A stretch of DNA of 63,122 bases from Alcanivorax sp. UBA4485 (GTDB taxonomy: Bacteria > Pseudomonadota > Gammaproteobacteria > Pseudomonadales > Alcanivoracaceae): the NCBI GenBank assembly GCA_002389055.1, contig DGNT01000176.1, positions 1 to 63,122 on the forward strand. Reading direction: 5' to 3'. Positions 9,598 through 17,928 of the stretch are shown one piece after another (position 1 is the stretch's first letter; the number at the start of each line of letters is the position of its first letter). The translations under genes were made by a program, and so were the position numbers. The notes beneath the pieces were generated by a model that did not search any database, was not told the origin of the DNA, and saw nothing but the letters and a program-made list of their open reading frames with translations.

Positions 9598-10491
9598 TCA
9601 AAATCGCCACGGCCCCGGTGCTTGCCAGTACCCCGTTTCCGGCGTCTCCTCGGTTTTAATTATCGGTGATAAAAATGTGTACAGTACCCTGGCTATTTCA
9701 TCGAAGTCACTGGGTATGTGCTCTTGATCTATTCTGCGCCTAAACGCTTCCCACTGCTTTTGTTTGGACTCGATAAAGTGCTGATTGAACGGCAAGCGAT
9801 CCGGCAAGGTTGTGCCGCGAGTTGAAAATGTACTCAAAATGGCCTGTTTCATAGGTCCGGCGGAAAAATCGAAGCGCCTTGCCAATAGCCAGATATCAAA
9901 GAAATCTTTCATTCGGCTATTCAACTCACCGAGCACAATCATGGCCTGTAGCTTTTCCGCTATGGCGCTTTCCCGGCTGTAGCACAGAAGTTCAGGTGCC
10001 GGGAAGTCCAGCAGCACCGGGTATATTTGCCTTTCTGGCGCAGGATAGACTGCGTCACCAAACCCTATATCCAGCTGCATTATGATGCGTGCACCGTCAA
10101 GAGAGGCTGGGAATCGAACTCTTAATCCTTGGTAGTCAGCGTCTTCAGTGATTGTCTCTGCCTTCAAAGAAGTCGTGTCAAATAGGAGCCCGTCGGCCAC
10201 TTCCTCCGCTATAACCTCTTCGATTTGCTGAAGAATCGCTTGCTCCCGATTATCGGTGATACCCAACATGTCGATATCCATAGTGGGCCGATAGGATGGC
10301 GACTTCCAAACACGCAGCATCAACGCGCCTTTTAATACAAAACATTCACTGTGACGAGACTGGCTAAGTCGATACAAGAACCGTTCCATTGCATAAAACT
10401 GAAGGAGTTCCTGGAACGGCCTTTTTTCAACGCGAGCGCGGTTAAGAAGGCGCTGCCGTACGGATGCGCCCAAGTTCCTTGTCCCGCTCAT
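9598..10491 (-). CDS. abiEii: AbiEii/AbiGii nucleotidyltransferase toxin (type IV TA)
   Basis: FVLKGALML...RPTMDIDM, AEKLQAM and SRMKDFFD motifs. Confidence 0.9.
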   Translation of the reverse strand: MSGTRNLGASVRQRLLNRARVEKRPFQELLQFYAMERFLYRLSQSRHSECFVLKGALMLRVWKSPSYRPTMDIDMLGITDNREQAILQQIEEVIAEEVADGLLFDTTSLKAETITEDADYQGLRVRFPASLDGARIIMQLDIGFGDAVYPAPERQIYPVLLDFPAPELLCYSRESAIAEKLQAMIVLGELNSRMKDFFDIWLLARRFDFSAGPMKQAILSTFSTRGTTLPDRLPFNQHFIESKQKQWEAFRRRIDQEHIPSDFDEIARVLYTFLSPIIKTEETPETGYWQAPGPWRF

Positions 10492-11108
10492 AACACGGCC
10501 TCCAGGTAAGGCCGGATGACTTTTTCAACCCGACATACGCGCGCGTACTCAAGGACTTTATTAAACTGCGGCGCTTGCCTTTTCCGATAGAGCTTCAGCG
10601 CTTCCAGCACTACCTCCATACCCATGCGATTCCGGAACTTAAAGCAGTCCGCCAGTGTCTTTTCAGCGCTGTATATCCTCAACACCACTCCGTCCTCATG
10701 GAACTGCTCAATACCGGCGCCAAAAGCGGCCTCTGAGTACCGATACCCCAGCACAGGGGGGTAATCCAACTTAGGCAGCCGGGCTCCCCGCGCCACCGCC
10801 AAGTGGACGTGGTGTGGAATCTGAGTCGTGATTTCATGCCATGAAAGCGCTGATTCGAGACATAGGACCGCTCCGGGGAAGCGTGACATCGCGGCGATCA
10901 AGTCCGGGTGCCCGAGCGGCGGAAGGTCGGATAGCCTATAGATGCCCCTCGCCACCGGTTCAATCAAGCCTTCGTCACGTGCCCGATAAAACGTGTAGCG
11001 GCTTATCCCCGCGCGAAGCGCTTCGCTCATGCGTAGCTGGCCACCATGGACCTGGAATGTCTCCCGCAACGAGGTAAACGATGATCTCTGATTTTCTGAG
11101 TAAGACAA
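10488..11108 (-). CDS. abiEi: AbiEi antitoxin / transcriptional regulator
   Basis: wHTH with ARGIYRL, CLESALSWH and YSAEKTLADCFKFRN. Overlaps abiEii by 4 bp. Upstream inverted repeat AAGACAA(11102)...TTGTCTT(11141). Confidence 0.9.
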   Translation of the reverse strand: MSYSENQRSSFTSLRETFQVHGGQLRMSEALRAGISRYTFYRARDEGLIEPVARGIYRLSDLPPLGHPDLIAAMSRFPGAVLCLESALSWHEITTQIPHHVHLAVARGARLPKLDYPPVLGYRYSEAAFGAGIEQFHEDGVVLRIYSAEKTLADCFKFRNRMGMEVVLEALKLYRKRQAPQFNKVLEYARVCRVEKVIRPYLEAVL

Positions 11109-11224
11109 AGTGTCACCACTTGTATATATATGAACGCATATTGTCTTGCTCTGAGAGTAATTTCAAGACCTGGACCTAGCATGGGTGGTGTTCAGAAGGG
11201 CGAGCTCTGGAATCCTGCCGGTGC

Positions 11225-11388
11225 TTTTGGTCGCTGGGTCGTGCTAATCGGGCTGGTTTGCGGCAGCCGCATTTAACCTTGGAAATCACGAAAATCACGC
11301 CTTTTCTCCCGCTTGTGACACCCAAAAAGGCCGTTTTGCGGGCTCTTTTCCACCTTTTGGCGCCTTACTTGAACCGCCACCTAGGATG
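11225..11388 (+). repeat. Composite repeat: B-type left flank joined to module A
   Basis: 11225-11256 resembles 9239-9270; 11257-11388 resembles 12742-12872. Confidence 0.8.
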
Positions 11389-11487
11389 CGTTCTGGACGA
11401 AGCCTATGTACGGTATTGCGCCGCGGCGCCCGGGCGTCAAACTGATCGAAAGGCGATTGAATGCAATGCTTGCCCACTGCGGTTAAG

Positions 11488-11815
11488 CGGTATGACTTGC
11501 AGATTGCCTGGGTGCGATTCGTTGGCACTCATGCTCAGTACGACCAGGTTGACGCGGAGACTGTGTAATGAACATTCAGCCGATTCATACAGACGATGAC
11601 CTCGAACGCGCTTTCGCTCGCCTGGAAGAGCTGTGGGATGCGGAGGAAGGCAGCGCGGCCTGACCCGCCGCGATCTTGAGGCTTACATCGGCTCCAGCGG
11701 ACGGGTCTCCGAAGTCCTGAATCGAAAGAGGGCACTCAGCCTGCAGATGATCCGCAATCTGCACGCCGGCCTCAAGATTCCCTATGAGAGCCTTCTGAAC
11801 GGACCTCTCCAATAG
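11488..11815 (+). pseudogene. higBA-type TA remnant (HigB C-terminus only; HigA with frameshifting internal deletion)
   Basis: RYDLQIAWVRFVGTHAQYDQVDAETV* with TAATG overlap into MNIQPIHTDDDL...AEEGS. Continues in another frame as QRGLTRRDLEAYIGSSGRVSEVLNRKR. Confidence 0.85.
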
Positions 11816-12064
11816 GTGGTGGCAGCTTAATTGAGGGCTTTCTAGCCGTGAAGGGGCCGCAGTGCGCCTGTCCCTTCCTTACGGCTTGGGTACCCGTCTG
11901 CCCGGCCCCTTACAAATACGCTCTCGAATCACTGACTCATTTTTCCGCTATTGCCCACAGCCAGAGCGCTAATCCCAGTGGCACCCTGCTTCCTCAACAC
12001 AAGGAGGTGGATTGTGACCAAGAACGGAAGTCAAAAAATGGGTGGCAAACATGTGCTCCCTCAT

Positions 12065-12082
12065 TGTATCCTTTTGGATACA
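12065..12082. promoter_or_regulatory. TA operator palindrome
   Basis: TGTATCC-TTTT-GGATACA, similar to 14828-14845. Confidence 0.65.
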
Positions 12083-12090
12083 GGTGCGGC

Positions 12091-12135
12091 ATGAACGCCG
12101 TGATTACCACACAGGTCTTCCGAGAGTGGAGAGCA
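12091..12135 (+). pseudogene. N-terminal stub of a RelE-like 'addiction module killer' fused in frame to the antidote
   Basis: MNAVITTQVFREW resembles KVLTTKRFDRW of the intact toxin at 14836. Confidence 0.6.
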
Positions 12136-12447
12136 ATGAAATCATCAACCTCACAGGAACTTGGTTTACGTCCTTTCGATATCACCGAGTTTCTGGACAA
12201 CGATGTAGCCATCACCGAATACCTGACACAGGTGCTGGCAGAGGGCGATCACGAAGAACTGCTTGCCGCCATTGGTCATGTCGCGCGGGCTCGCGGCATG
12301 AGCGACCTGGCGCGTCAAACCGGATTGGGCCGCGAAAGCCTCTATAAGGCATTACGCCCTGGTGCCGATCCGCGCTTTTCGACGCTGATGAAGGTACTGC
12401 ACGCGCTTGGCGTACACTTGCAGGCCGTGCCCGACAAGATCGCCTGA
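12136..12447 (+). CDS. Orphan addiction-module antidote (HI1420-like HTH)
   Basis: PFDITEFLD...IGHVARARGMSDLARQTGLGRESLYKAL...PRFSTLMKVLHALG. Confidence 0.85.
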   Translation: MKSSTSQELGLRPFDITEFLDNDVAITEYLTQVLAEGDHEELLAAIGHVARARGMSDLARQTGLGRESLYKALRPGADPRFSTLMKVLHALGVHLQAVPDKIA

Positions 12448-12741
12448 CCTCTAATACCCAATGGGTAATAACACGGTCGCTCGGCTGTATTTGCGTCGTT
12501 CGCAACCTTTGTTGCCAAACCCGCAAAAGGGCGATTTTTCGGCTTTCTGACACGCTTTTCCTGTCTTTTTGCCAGGTTCTGCCACCTTAGTTGCCGCCCA
12601 ACTGACGTTTCGTACTGGCTGACAATGTTTTCAGCCTTCACGTACAGCGCCTCGAAGCCGTAGCTGTTAACTTCGGACCTCCTCAACGGCCTTATCCAGC
12701 TGCATCATGATGCGGGCCCCGGTGTTTCCCTCGGAGCGGCT

Positions 12742-13084
12742 TTTGCGGCAGTCGCACTTAACCTTGGAAATCACGCAAATCTCGCTTTTTCTCCTGCTTA
12801 TAACACCGAAAATGCCGCTTTGGCGGCTCTTTTTCGCCGTTTGGCGGCTTACTTGAACGGCCACCTTGGATGTTTTATGGGCGCCTTTGGTGGCCGGGAC
12901 GTGCTAACCAGGCTCGTTTGCGGTGTCCGCAATTAGCGTCTATTTCCTCGCTTTTGGCCTTAGAATCGCCGGTTCGCGCCGGTTTTACCCGCAATGGTTC
13001 CCCGGCGAGACTTCCCCCGAGACGCACGACCTGCAGGAGGCGTACGAGATGATTACCAACCGGTTCGAGGAATGGAATAGGTAA
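12742..13084 (+). repeat. Complete composite repeat A+B+Rpn-tail stub (copy 3)
   Basis: A 12742-12872, then B 12872-12990, then Rpn tail with AGGAGG at 13035 and ATG at 13049 (MITNRFEEWNR*). Confidence 0.85.
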
Positions 13085-13162
13085 CGTGGCACCGTTCGCT
13101 TTTTCTTGCCGGCCGGTCGGGTTAAGGTTGTTGACTCATTGATTCGACAATAAGAACTGATC

Positions 13163-14593
13163 ATGCAGCCTCGCCCCGCCTCAACGTTGGCGCTGCTCCG
13201 GGATACCGAGCAGGGCCTTGAAGTCTTGATGCTCCAGCGCACCCTTAAGGCCGTGTTCATGCCCGGCTTTTATGTGTTCCCCGGTGGCGCCGTCGACGAC
13301 GGCGACCGCGACCTGGCGCGCAGCGGCCACCTTTATGGCCACGATGATGATTCCGCCAGTGCCTTGCTGGGCCTGCCGGAGGGCGGCGGGCTGGGCTATC
13401 TGGTGGCCGCCGTGCGCGAGTGCTTCGAGGAGTCCGGCATGCTGCTGGCCCGGGACAGTGCCGGGCAGTGGCTGGATGGCAGCCATCCGGTGATGGACGG
13501 CCGCTGGGCGGTGGGCAGTGGTGAGGCGGATCTGGGGGATCTGTGTCGCTCCCACGGGTTGGCGCTGTCGCTGGATGGTATTGCCTATATGGATCACTGG
13601 GTGACGCCGCCGGGTCCGCCGCGCCGGTTTGATACGCGCTTCTTCGCGGCCGTTGCGCCGCCCACCCAGGTGCCCGCCCACGACGGCGAGGAGACCATCG
13701 ACCATATCTGGATCCGTCCGCAGGACGCGCTGGAGGACCGCCGCCAGGGCCGCCGCGAGTTCGCCACGCCCACCGTGAGTGTGCTGCGCAAGCTGTCGGA
13801 GTTCGCGTCCGTGGACGAGGTGCTGGCCTACGCCCGCGACCGCCGGCCCCAGGCGTTTCCCACCCAGCCATGGCCGGCGCGCAAGGGCGACGAGGTGGTG
13901 TATATCGAGCCGGGGCGCCCGGCCTACGATGAAGTGTGCAAGCTCGACCCGGAGGCGACGGGCAGCGCCCAGGCGCGCCTGGAGGCGGGCCTGTGGGTGG
14001 CGCTCAGCAATAGTGTGTCGCGCCTGACCCTGAACGCCGGTTCCGACGACGGCGGGCCGGGTTTTAACAGCTACCTGGTGCGCGCCGGCGAGCAGGCCCT
14101 GGTGGTGGACCCGGTGATCGAGGACCGCGACGATCTGCACGCGCTGCTGGAAGCCTGCGACGGCGTGCTGTCCACCATCGTGCTCACCCGGCCCCGCGAG
14201 CAACAGGCGGCGGCCCGTACCCTGCAGGGCGCCACCGGTGCCCGCATCCTGGGCGTCGCCGGCCCGGCGGACCTGCGCCTGGCCCATGGCGAGCCGCACA
14301 AGCTGGGCGGGCTCACCCTCAAGCTGCTGCACACCCCCGGCCAGGCGGACGACCGCCAATGCCTGCTGATCCAGGAAGAGGGCATGCTGTTCTCCGGCAC
14401 CACGGTGCTGGAGCGCTCCATCGCCAAGGGCTACCTGCCCGCCGCCGACGTCGACGCCTACGTGGCCGGCCTGGCCCGGCTGCTGGAGGAAGACCTGCAC
14501 TGGATCGCCCCCGGCCGCGGCTTCCTGATGGGCCAGCCCCAGAAGGTCCTGGACCATCTGATGACCCAGTGCCTCAGCAAGGTCCAGCGCTGA
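13163..14593 (+). CDS. NUDIX hydrolase (NUDT19-like) fused to a metallo-beta-lactamase-fold domain
   Basis: VFPGGAVD...AAVRECFEESG and WVTPPGPPRRFDTRFF. C-terminal NSYLV...LHTPG..., lacking HxHxDH. Confidence 0.8.
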   Translation: MQPRPASTLALLRDTEQGLEVLMLQRTLKAVFMPGFYVFPGGAVDDGDRDLARSGHLYGHDDDSASALLGLPEGGGLGYLVAAVRECFEESGMLLARDSAGQWLDGSHPVMDGRWAVGSGEADLGDLCRSHGLALSLDGIAYMDHWVTPPGPPRRFDTRFFAAVAPPTQVPAHDGEETIDHIWIRPQDALEDRRQGRREFATPTVSVLRKLSEFASVDEVLAYARDRRPQAFPTQPWPARKGDEVVYIEPGRPAYDEVCKLDPEATGSAQARLEAGLWVALSNSVSRLTLNAGSDDGGPGFNSYLVRAGEQALVVDPVIEDRDDLHALLEACDGVLSTIVLTRPREQQAAARTLQGATGARILGVAGPADLRLAHGEPHKLGGLTLKLLHTPGQADDRQCLLIQEEGMLFSGTTVLERSIAKGYLPAADVDAYVAGLARLLEEDLHWIAPGRGFLMGQPQKVLDHLMTQCLSKVQR

Positions 14594-14614
14594 CCTCTGC
14601 GGAAGTGGCTTTTT

Positions 14615-14660
14615 GGGGAGCGGGCCTGGCCCGCGAAAGGCGAGCGAAGCTTGCCGGCAA
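14615..14660 (+). repeat. REP / left arm of a REPIN
   Basis: GGGGAGCGGGCCTGGCCCGCGAAAGG-CGAGCGAAGCTTG. Confidence 0.7.
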
Positions 14661-14835
14661 TGTTGTTGCGCTGAGCCTGGGCGCCGGAATGGCGTCCGGC
14701 CGACGCCGCTAAAGTACTTTTCCTACCTGACTTTCCGTTTTGGCTGATACCTGTGCATTAGTTGGCTCCGCATGCTGCTGTCTTTGGCGCTGCGGAGATC
14801 GAGCCGTCCGTCGGGGGCTTGATAAAATGTAAACC

Positions 14836-15150
14836 ATGGTATACACTCCAAGAAAAGTACTTACCACTAAACGGTTTGACCGATGGCTGGACCGACTTCG
14901 CGATAAGCAGGGCAGGGCGAGGATCATCGCCAGAATTCGGCGGATCGGTCTCGGCAACCTGGGCGATGTCAAAGTCGTCGGAGGCGGTGTCAGTGAGCTC
15001 CGAATTCATGCGGGTCCAGGTTATCGGGTCTACCTAACGGTTCGCCGGCTTGGTGTGGTCATCTTGCTAGTAGGCGGTGATAAGAGCACCCAGAACGAAG
15101 ATATCCGTCTCGCCAAGTCGCTGGCGAAACGTTATCAGGAGGCAAAATGA
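14836..15150 (+). CDS. RelE/ParE-like addiction-module killer toxin (start uncertain)
   Basis: FDRWLDRLRD...GNLGDVKVVGGGVSELRIHAGPGYRVY. Operator palindrome TGTAAACCATGGTATACA at 14828. Confidence 0.85.
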   Translation: MVYTPRKVLTTKRFDRWLDRLRDKQGRARIIARIRRIGLGNLGDVKVVGGGVSELRIHAGPGYRVYLTVRRLGVVILLVGGDKSTQNEDIRLAKSLAKRYQEAK

Positions 15151-15443
15151 GCCAACACGAGTTGACCCCCTTTGATGCGGCGAGTTACTTGAAAGATCAC
15201 GATGACATGATCCTTTATCTCAATGCATGCATCGACGAAGACCCGGGCGACGGCTCTTTGATCCGCGCGGCCCTGAACGACATCGCCAGAGCGCAAAACA
15301 TGTCCAGCCTGGCCCGATCGGTCGGTATGACTCGGGCAGGGCTTTACAAAGCCCTGTCTCCACAAGGCAGTCCTGGATTCGATACCGTACTGAAAATTAC
15401 GCGCGCCCTGGGGTTACGCCTACACGCCGACCGGCGCGGTTAG
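15147..15443 (+). CDS. Addiction-module antidote HTH
   Basis: PFDAASYL...ALNDIARAQNMSSLARSVGMTRAGLYKALS; ATGA overlap with the toxin. Confidence 0.9.
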   Translation: MSQHELTPFDAASYLKDHDDMILYLNACIDEDPGDGSLIRAALNDIARAQNMSSLARSVGMTRAGLYKALSPQGSPGFDTVLKITRALGLRLHADRRG

Positions 15444-15629
15444 CAGCAGCACTAATGGGGGACTTGAGGCCTGATATGCCACTTTCCTTGAGCTATATGC
15501 TAATTTTTTCTTTTATTTTTTAAGGCCTCTATGTTTAGCCTGATGTCACTGGGCCACGAGGGGGAAGTACGTGGCCTGGCGGAAGCGGTTCGGGACGGAC
15601 CGCTGCATAACAAAAGAAAGGAGACTCTC

Positions 15630-16184
15630 ATGAATCATCAAACCAAACCCTTCACCCTGAAATACCTGTTTACGGCAGCGCTGCTGTGTGCCTCGGCGAC
15701 CGGTTGGGCGGCTAATCCCGCGCCTGCACCGGGGATTTATCAGTTCGGCGCCAGCCCCGGCACGCTCAATCTGACCATTACCCAGGGCGGGAGCACCGAG
15801 ACCTGCGAACTCATCATGGACATGGATTTCCAGCCCGCCGCTGGCGGCGTCAACTTGTTGATGGCGAACGCCATCATCATGCCGGGCACGCCGGGTTGTC
15901 CGGCGGTGCAGTTCCTGCCGCCGTGGAACGGCTTCGCGCCGTTACCCGCGCCACTGGCGGGCAGTACCGTGCCGGCTTCGTTCAATAACGTGATGATCAT
16001 CGGCCCGGCCGGTGCGCCTTGTACCGCCGCGCCCAGCCCAATGGCCATGCAGTTCACCAACGGGCCCACGGTGATTAACACTTCCGCTTCGAACTTTGCC
16101 TTCGCCACCACGTTCGGCAGTTGCCAGATACAGGGCTTCGCCGAAACCCTGCCGATGTTCCCGGATGTGGACATCATTCCCTAA
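15630..16184 (+). CDS. Secreted PraA/PraB-like protein 3
   Basis: Signal peptide (ATGWA/A), four Cys, GCPAVQFLPPW motif. RBS identical to that of protein 1. Confidence 0.6.
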   Translation: MNHQTKPFTLKYLFTAALLCASATGWAANPAPAPGIYQFGASPGTLNLTITQGGSTETCELIMDMDFQPAAGGVNLLMANAIIMPGTPGCPAVQFLPPWNGFAPLPAPLAGSTVPASFNNVMIIGPAGAPCTAAPSPMAMQFTNGPTVINTSASNFAFATTFGSCQIQGFAETLPMFPDVDIIP

Positions 16185-16195
16185 AAAATGGGGAC

Positions 16196-16221
16196 GGACC
16201 CGGTGCAAGCCGGGTCCTTTT
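16196..16221 (+). terminator. Rho-independent terminator
   Basis: GGACCCGG-TGCAAG-CCGGGTCC-TTTT. Confidence 0.75.
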
Positions 16222-16281
16222 CAACTAGAGTTTTGAATCAGAACAATAACGAACGCCAAAACGACATTGGGGGGGACGGCA

Positions 16282-16872
16282 ATGGATGCCGATTTTTCCA
16301 CGCAGGCTTTGCAGTACCAAACCACCGTGTTGCGCAATACCCGGCTGGGGCAGGATGCGTCGCTGGTGCCCTGGGCGGCGAATCCGGACGGGCTGAAGAC
16401 CACCGCCGTCGCGCAACTGCACCGCATCGCCGGCTTTTCCCCGGACGGTGGGCTCAGCGAGCACGGCGGCTGGGAATATCAGTTTCTCTATAACACCTTG
16501 TACGTGCTGGAAGCCCCCTACGAAGATTCCCAGGATCTCCAGCAAATGGTTCTGACCTGGGACGCCACCTTCGCGGTGCGCTACCGGGCCGTCGCGGAGC
16601 AAGCTCTGGAGAGCCTGCTGGAGGCCGCCTTCGGCCCCGGCGCCCGGGCCTTCCGGTGCCGTTGGCGCAACGCCGCGGACGCGCTGTTTGACCAGGCCGG
16701 TTACGGCGTCGCTTTCGGCGGCCACGCCCTGGACGACGCCCTCATTATGCAGCCGCCGGCGACGAAGCCCCTCTACCAGCAGGACGAGCCCCTGCGCCCC
16801 GGTGTTACGCCCGCCCAGGAGGTGCTCCGCCCCGACGGGCCGGAGGCCGGCCCCGTTGGTCGCACCCACTAA
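16282..16872 (+). CDS. Hypothetical protein
   Basis: Host-like codon usage and G-rich RBS; no family recognised. Confidence 0.6.
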   Translation: MDADFSTQALQYQTTVLRNTRLGQDASLVPWAANPDGLKTTAVAQLHRIAGFSPDGGLSEHGGWEYQFLYNTLYVLEAPYEDSQDLQQMVLTWDATFAVRYRAVAEQALESLLEAAFGPGARAFRCRWRNAADALFDQAGYGVAFGGHALDDALIMQPPATKPLYQQDEPLRPGVTPAQEVLRPDGPEAGPVGRTH

Positions 16873-16925
16873 GCCAGTACAACATCGTCTGATTGATTGG
16901 AATGTCTTGGAAAGGACTCGGGAAA

Positions 16926-17450
16926 ATGACAATAACAAATCAGCTCCGCCACTTGGCTATCGCCGCCTTATTCGGGCTTCTGGTTTCGGCGGCGTACGGC
17001 GCGCCGGTGACGTTTTCTGCCAAGGACCTGTGCGTGGAAGGCGTGGCGGCGCCGCTTGCGGTGGAGGTGGCGGAAACCCAGGCCCAGCGCAATCGTGGTC
17101 TGATGCAGCGTGAGAGTCTGGCGAAGGACGCCGGCATGCTGTTTCTGTTCGACGGCCCGATGGCGAAGGGCGTCGGCTTTTATATGTACCGCACGCTGAT
17201 TCCCCTGGACGTGGCGTTCGCCGATACCGACGGCCGTATCGTGTCGATCATGACGATGACGCCGTGCCCCCATGACGACCCGCGCCGCTGCAAAGTCTAC
17301 CGGCCGGGCAGGGCGTTCGTGTCCGCGCTGGAGATGAACGCCGGTTTCTTTGAGCGCCATGGCGTGAAAAAAGGGGACAGACTTTTTGATCCGACGGAAG
17401 GCCGCTGCGATCTCGCACCCGACGACGAGCCGATGGCTGACAACGATTAA
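16926..17450 (+). CDS. DUF192 family exported protein
   Basis: VEVAETQAQRNRGLMQR...GMLFLF...FYMYRTLIPLDVAF...ALEMNAG. Confidence 0.9.
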   Translation: MTITNQLRHLAIAALFGLLVSAAYGAPVTFSAKDLCVEGVAAPLAVEVAETQAQRNRGLMQRESLAKDAGMLFLFDGPMAKGVGFYMYRTLIPLDVAFADTDGRIVSIMTMTPCPHDDPRRCKVYRPGRAFVSALEMNAGFFERHGVKKGDRLFDPTEGRCDLAPDDEPMADND

Positions 17451-17536
17451 CGTTTCCGGCTTATTCCCCCCGCGTTTTACCCCGGCACACTGAAGTGGTA
17501 CCGACCCAAGGAAGCGGAACGGAGAGCGAGATCGAT

Positions 17537-17854
17537 ATGTCGGAGGAGCGCACCCCCTACGCGCCGGGCACCGCCTCGGCGGCGGACGCCTGGGTGGACC
17601 GCCTGCTGGAACGGGGGCGGGGCCCGGAACTGGCGCCGATGCCCTTGAACACCCCGCTGGACGGCACCCATGTGACCGCGGCGGTGCGGTTGACCGGCCG
17701 CGACCGCTTTCACCTCGCCCGGGTTCTGGGCGTGGACCTGCCCACCCTGGAGCACTGGGAGCGCGGCCTGGGCGCGCCCGACGGCGCCGCCCACGCGCTG
17801 CTCCTTATCGCCCTGCGCTTCCCCGAAGTCATCCGCGCCTTTTCCACGGACTGA
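17537..17854 (+). CDS. Small XRE-HTH (HigA/MqsA-like) protein, no adjacent toxin
   Basis: LARVLGVDLPTLEHWERGLGAPDGAAHALL. Confidence 0.7.
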   Translation: MSEERTPYAPGTASAADAWVDRLLERGRGPELAPMPLNTPLDGTHVTAAVRLTGRDRFHLARVLGVDLPTLEHWERGLGAPDGAAHALLLIALRFPEVIRAFSTD

Positions 17855-17928
17855 TCGGCGGGTCCGGACGGCGATTCTAAATCGTGCCACTTAGTGATAT
17901 ATTTTAAGGCTTCTCTGGTGGGCTGCCA

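Noticed and set aside
11389-11820. higBA remnant inserted inside a fourth Rpn tail (GTTCTGGACG before it; CTGAACGGACCTCTCCAATAGG after it resembles LDDLFQ*)
   Set aside because: The matches are short (about 16/22), and the left one is equally explained as a diverged start of module B
7220-13084. Integron cassette array (repeats alternating with TA genes; GCTAA(C/T)...ATTAGC resembles attC R''/R')
   Set aside because: The R-like boxes are only ~35 bp apart and lack GTT. Genes lie in both orientations, and no intI is present in the window.
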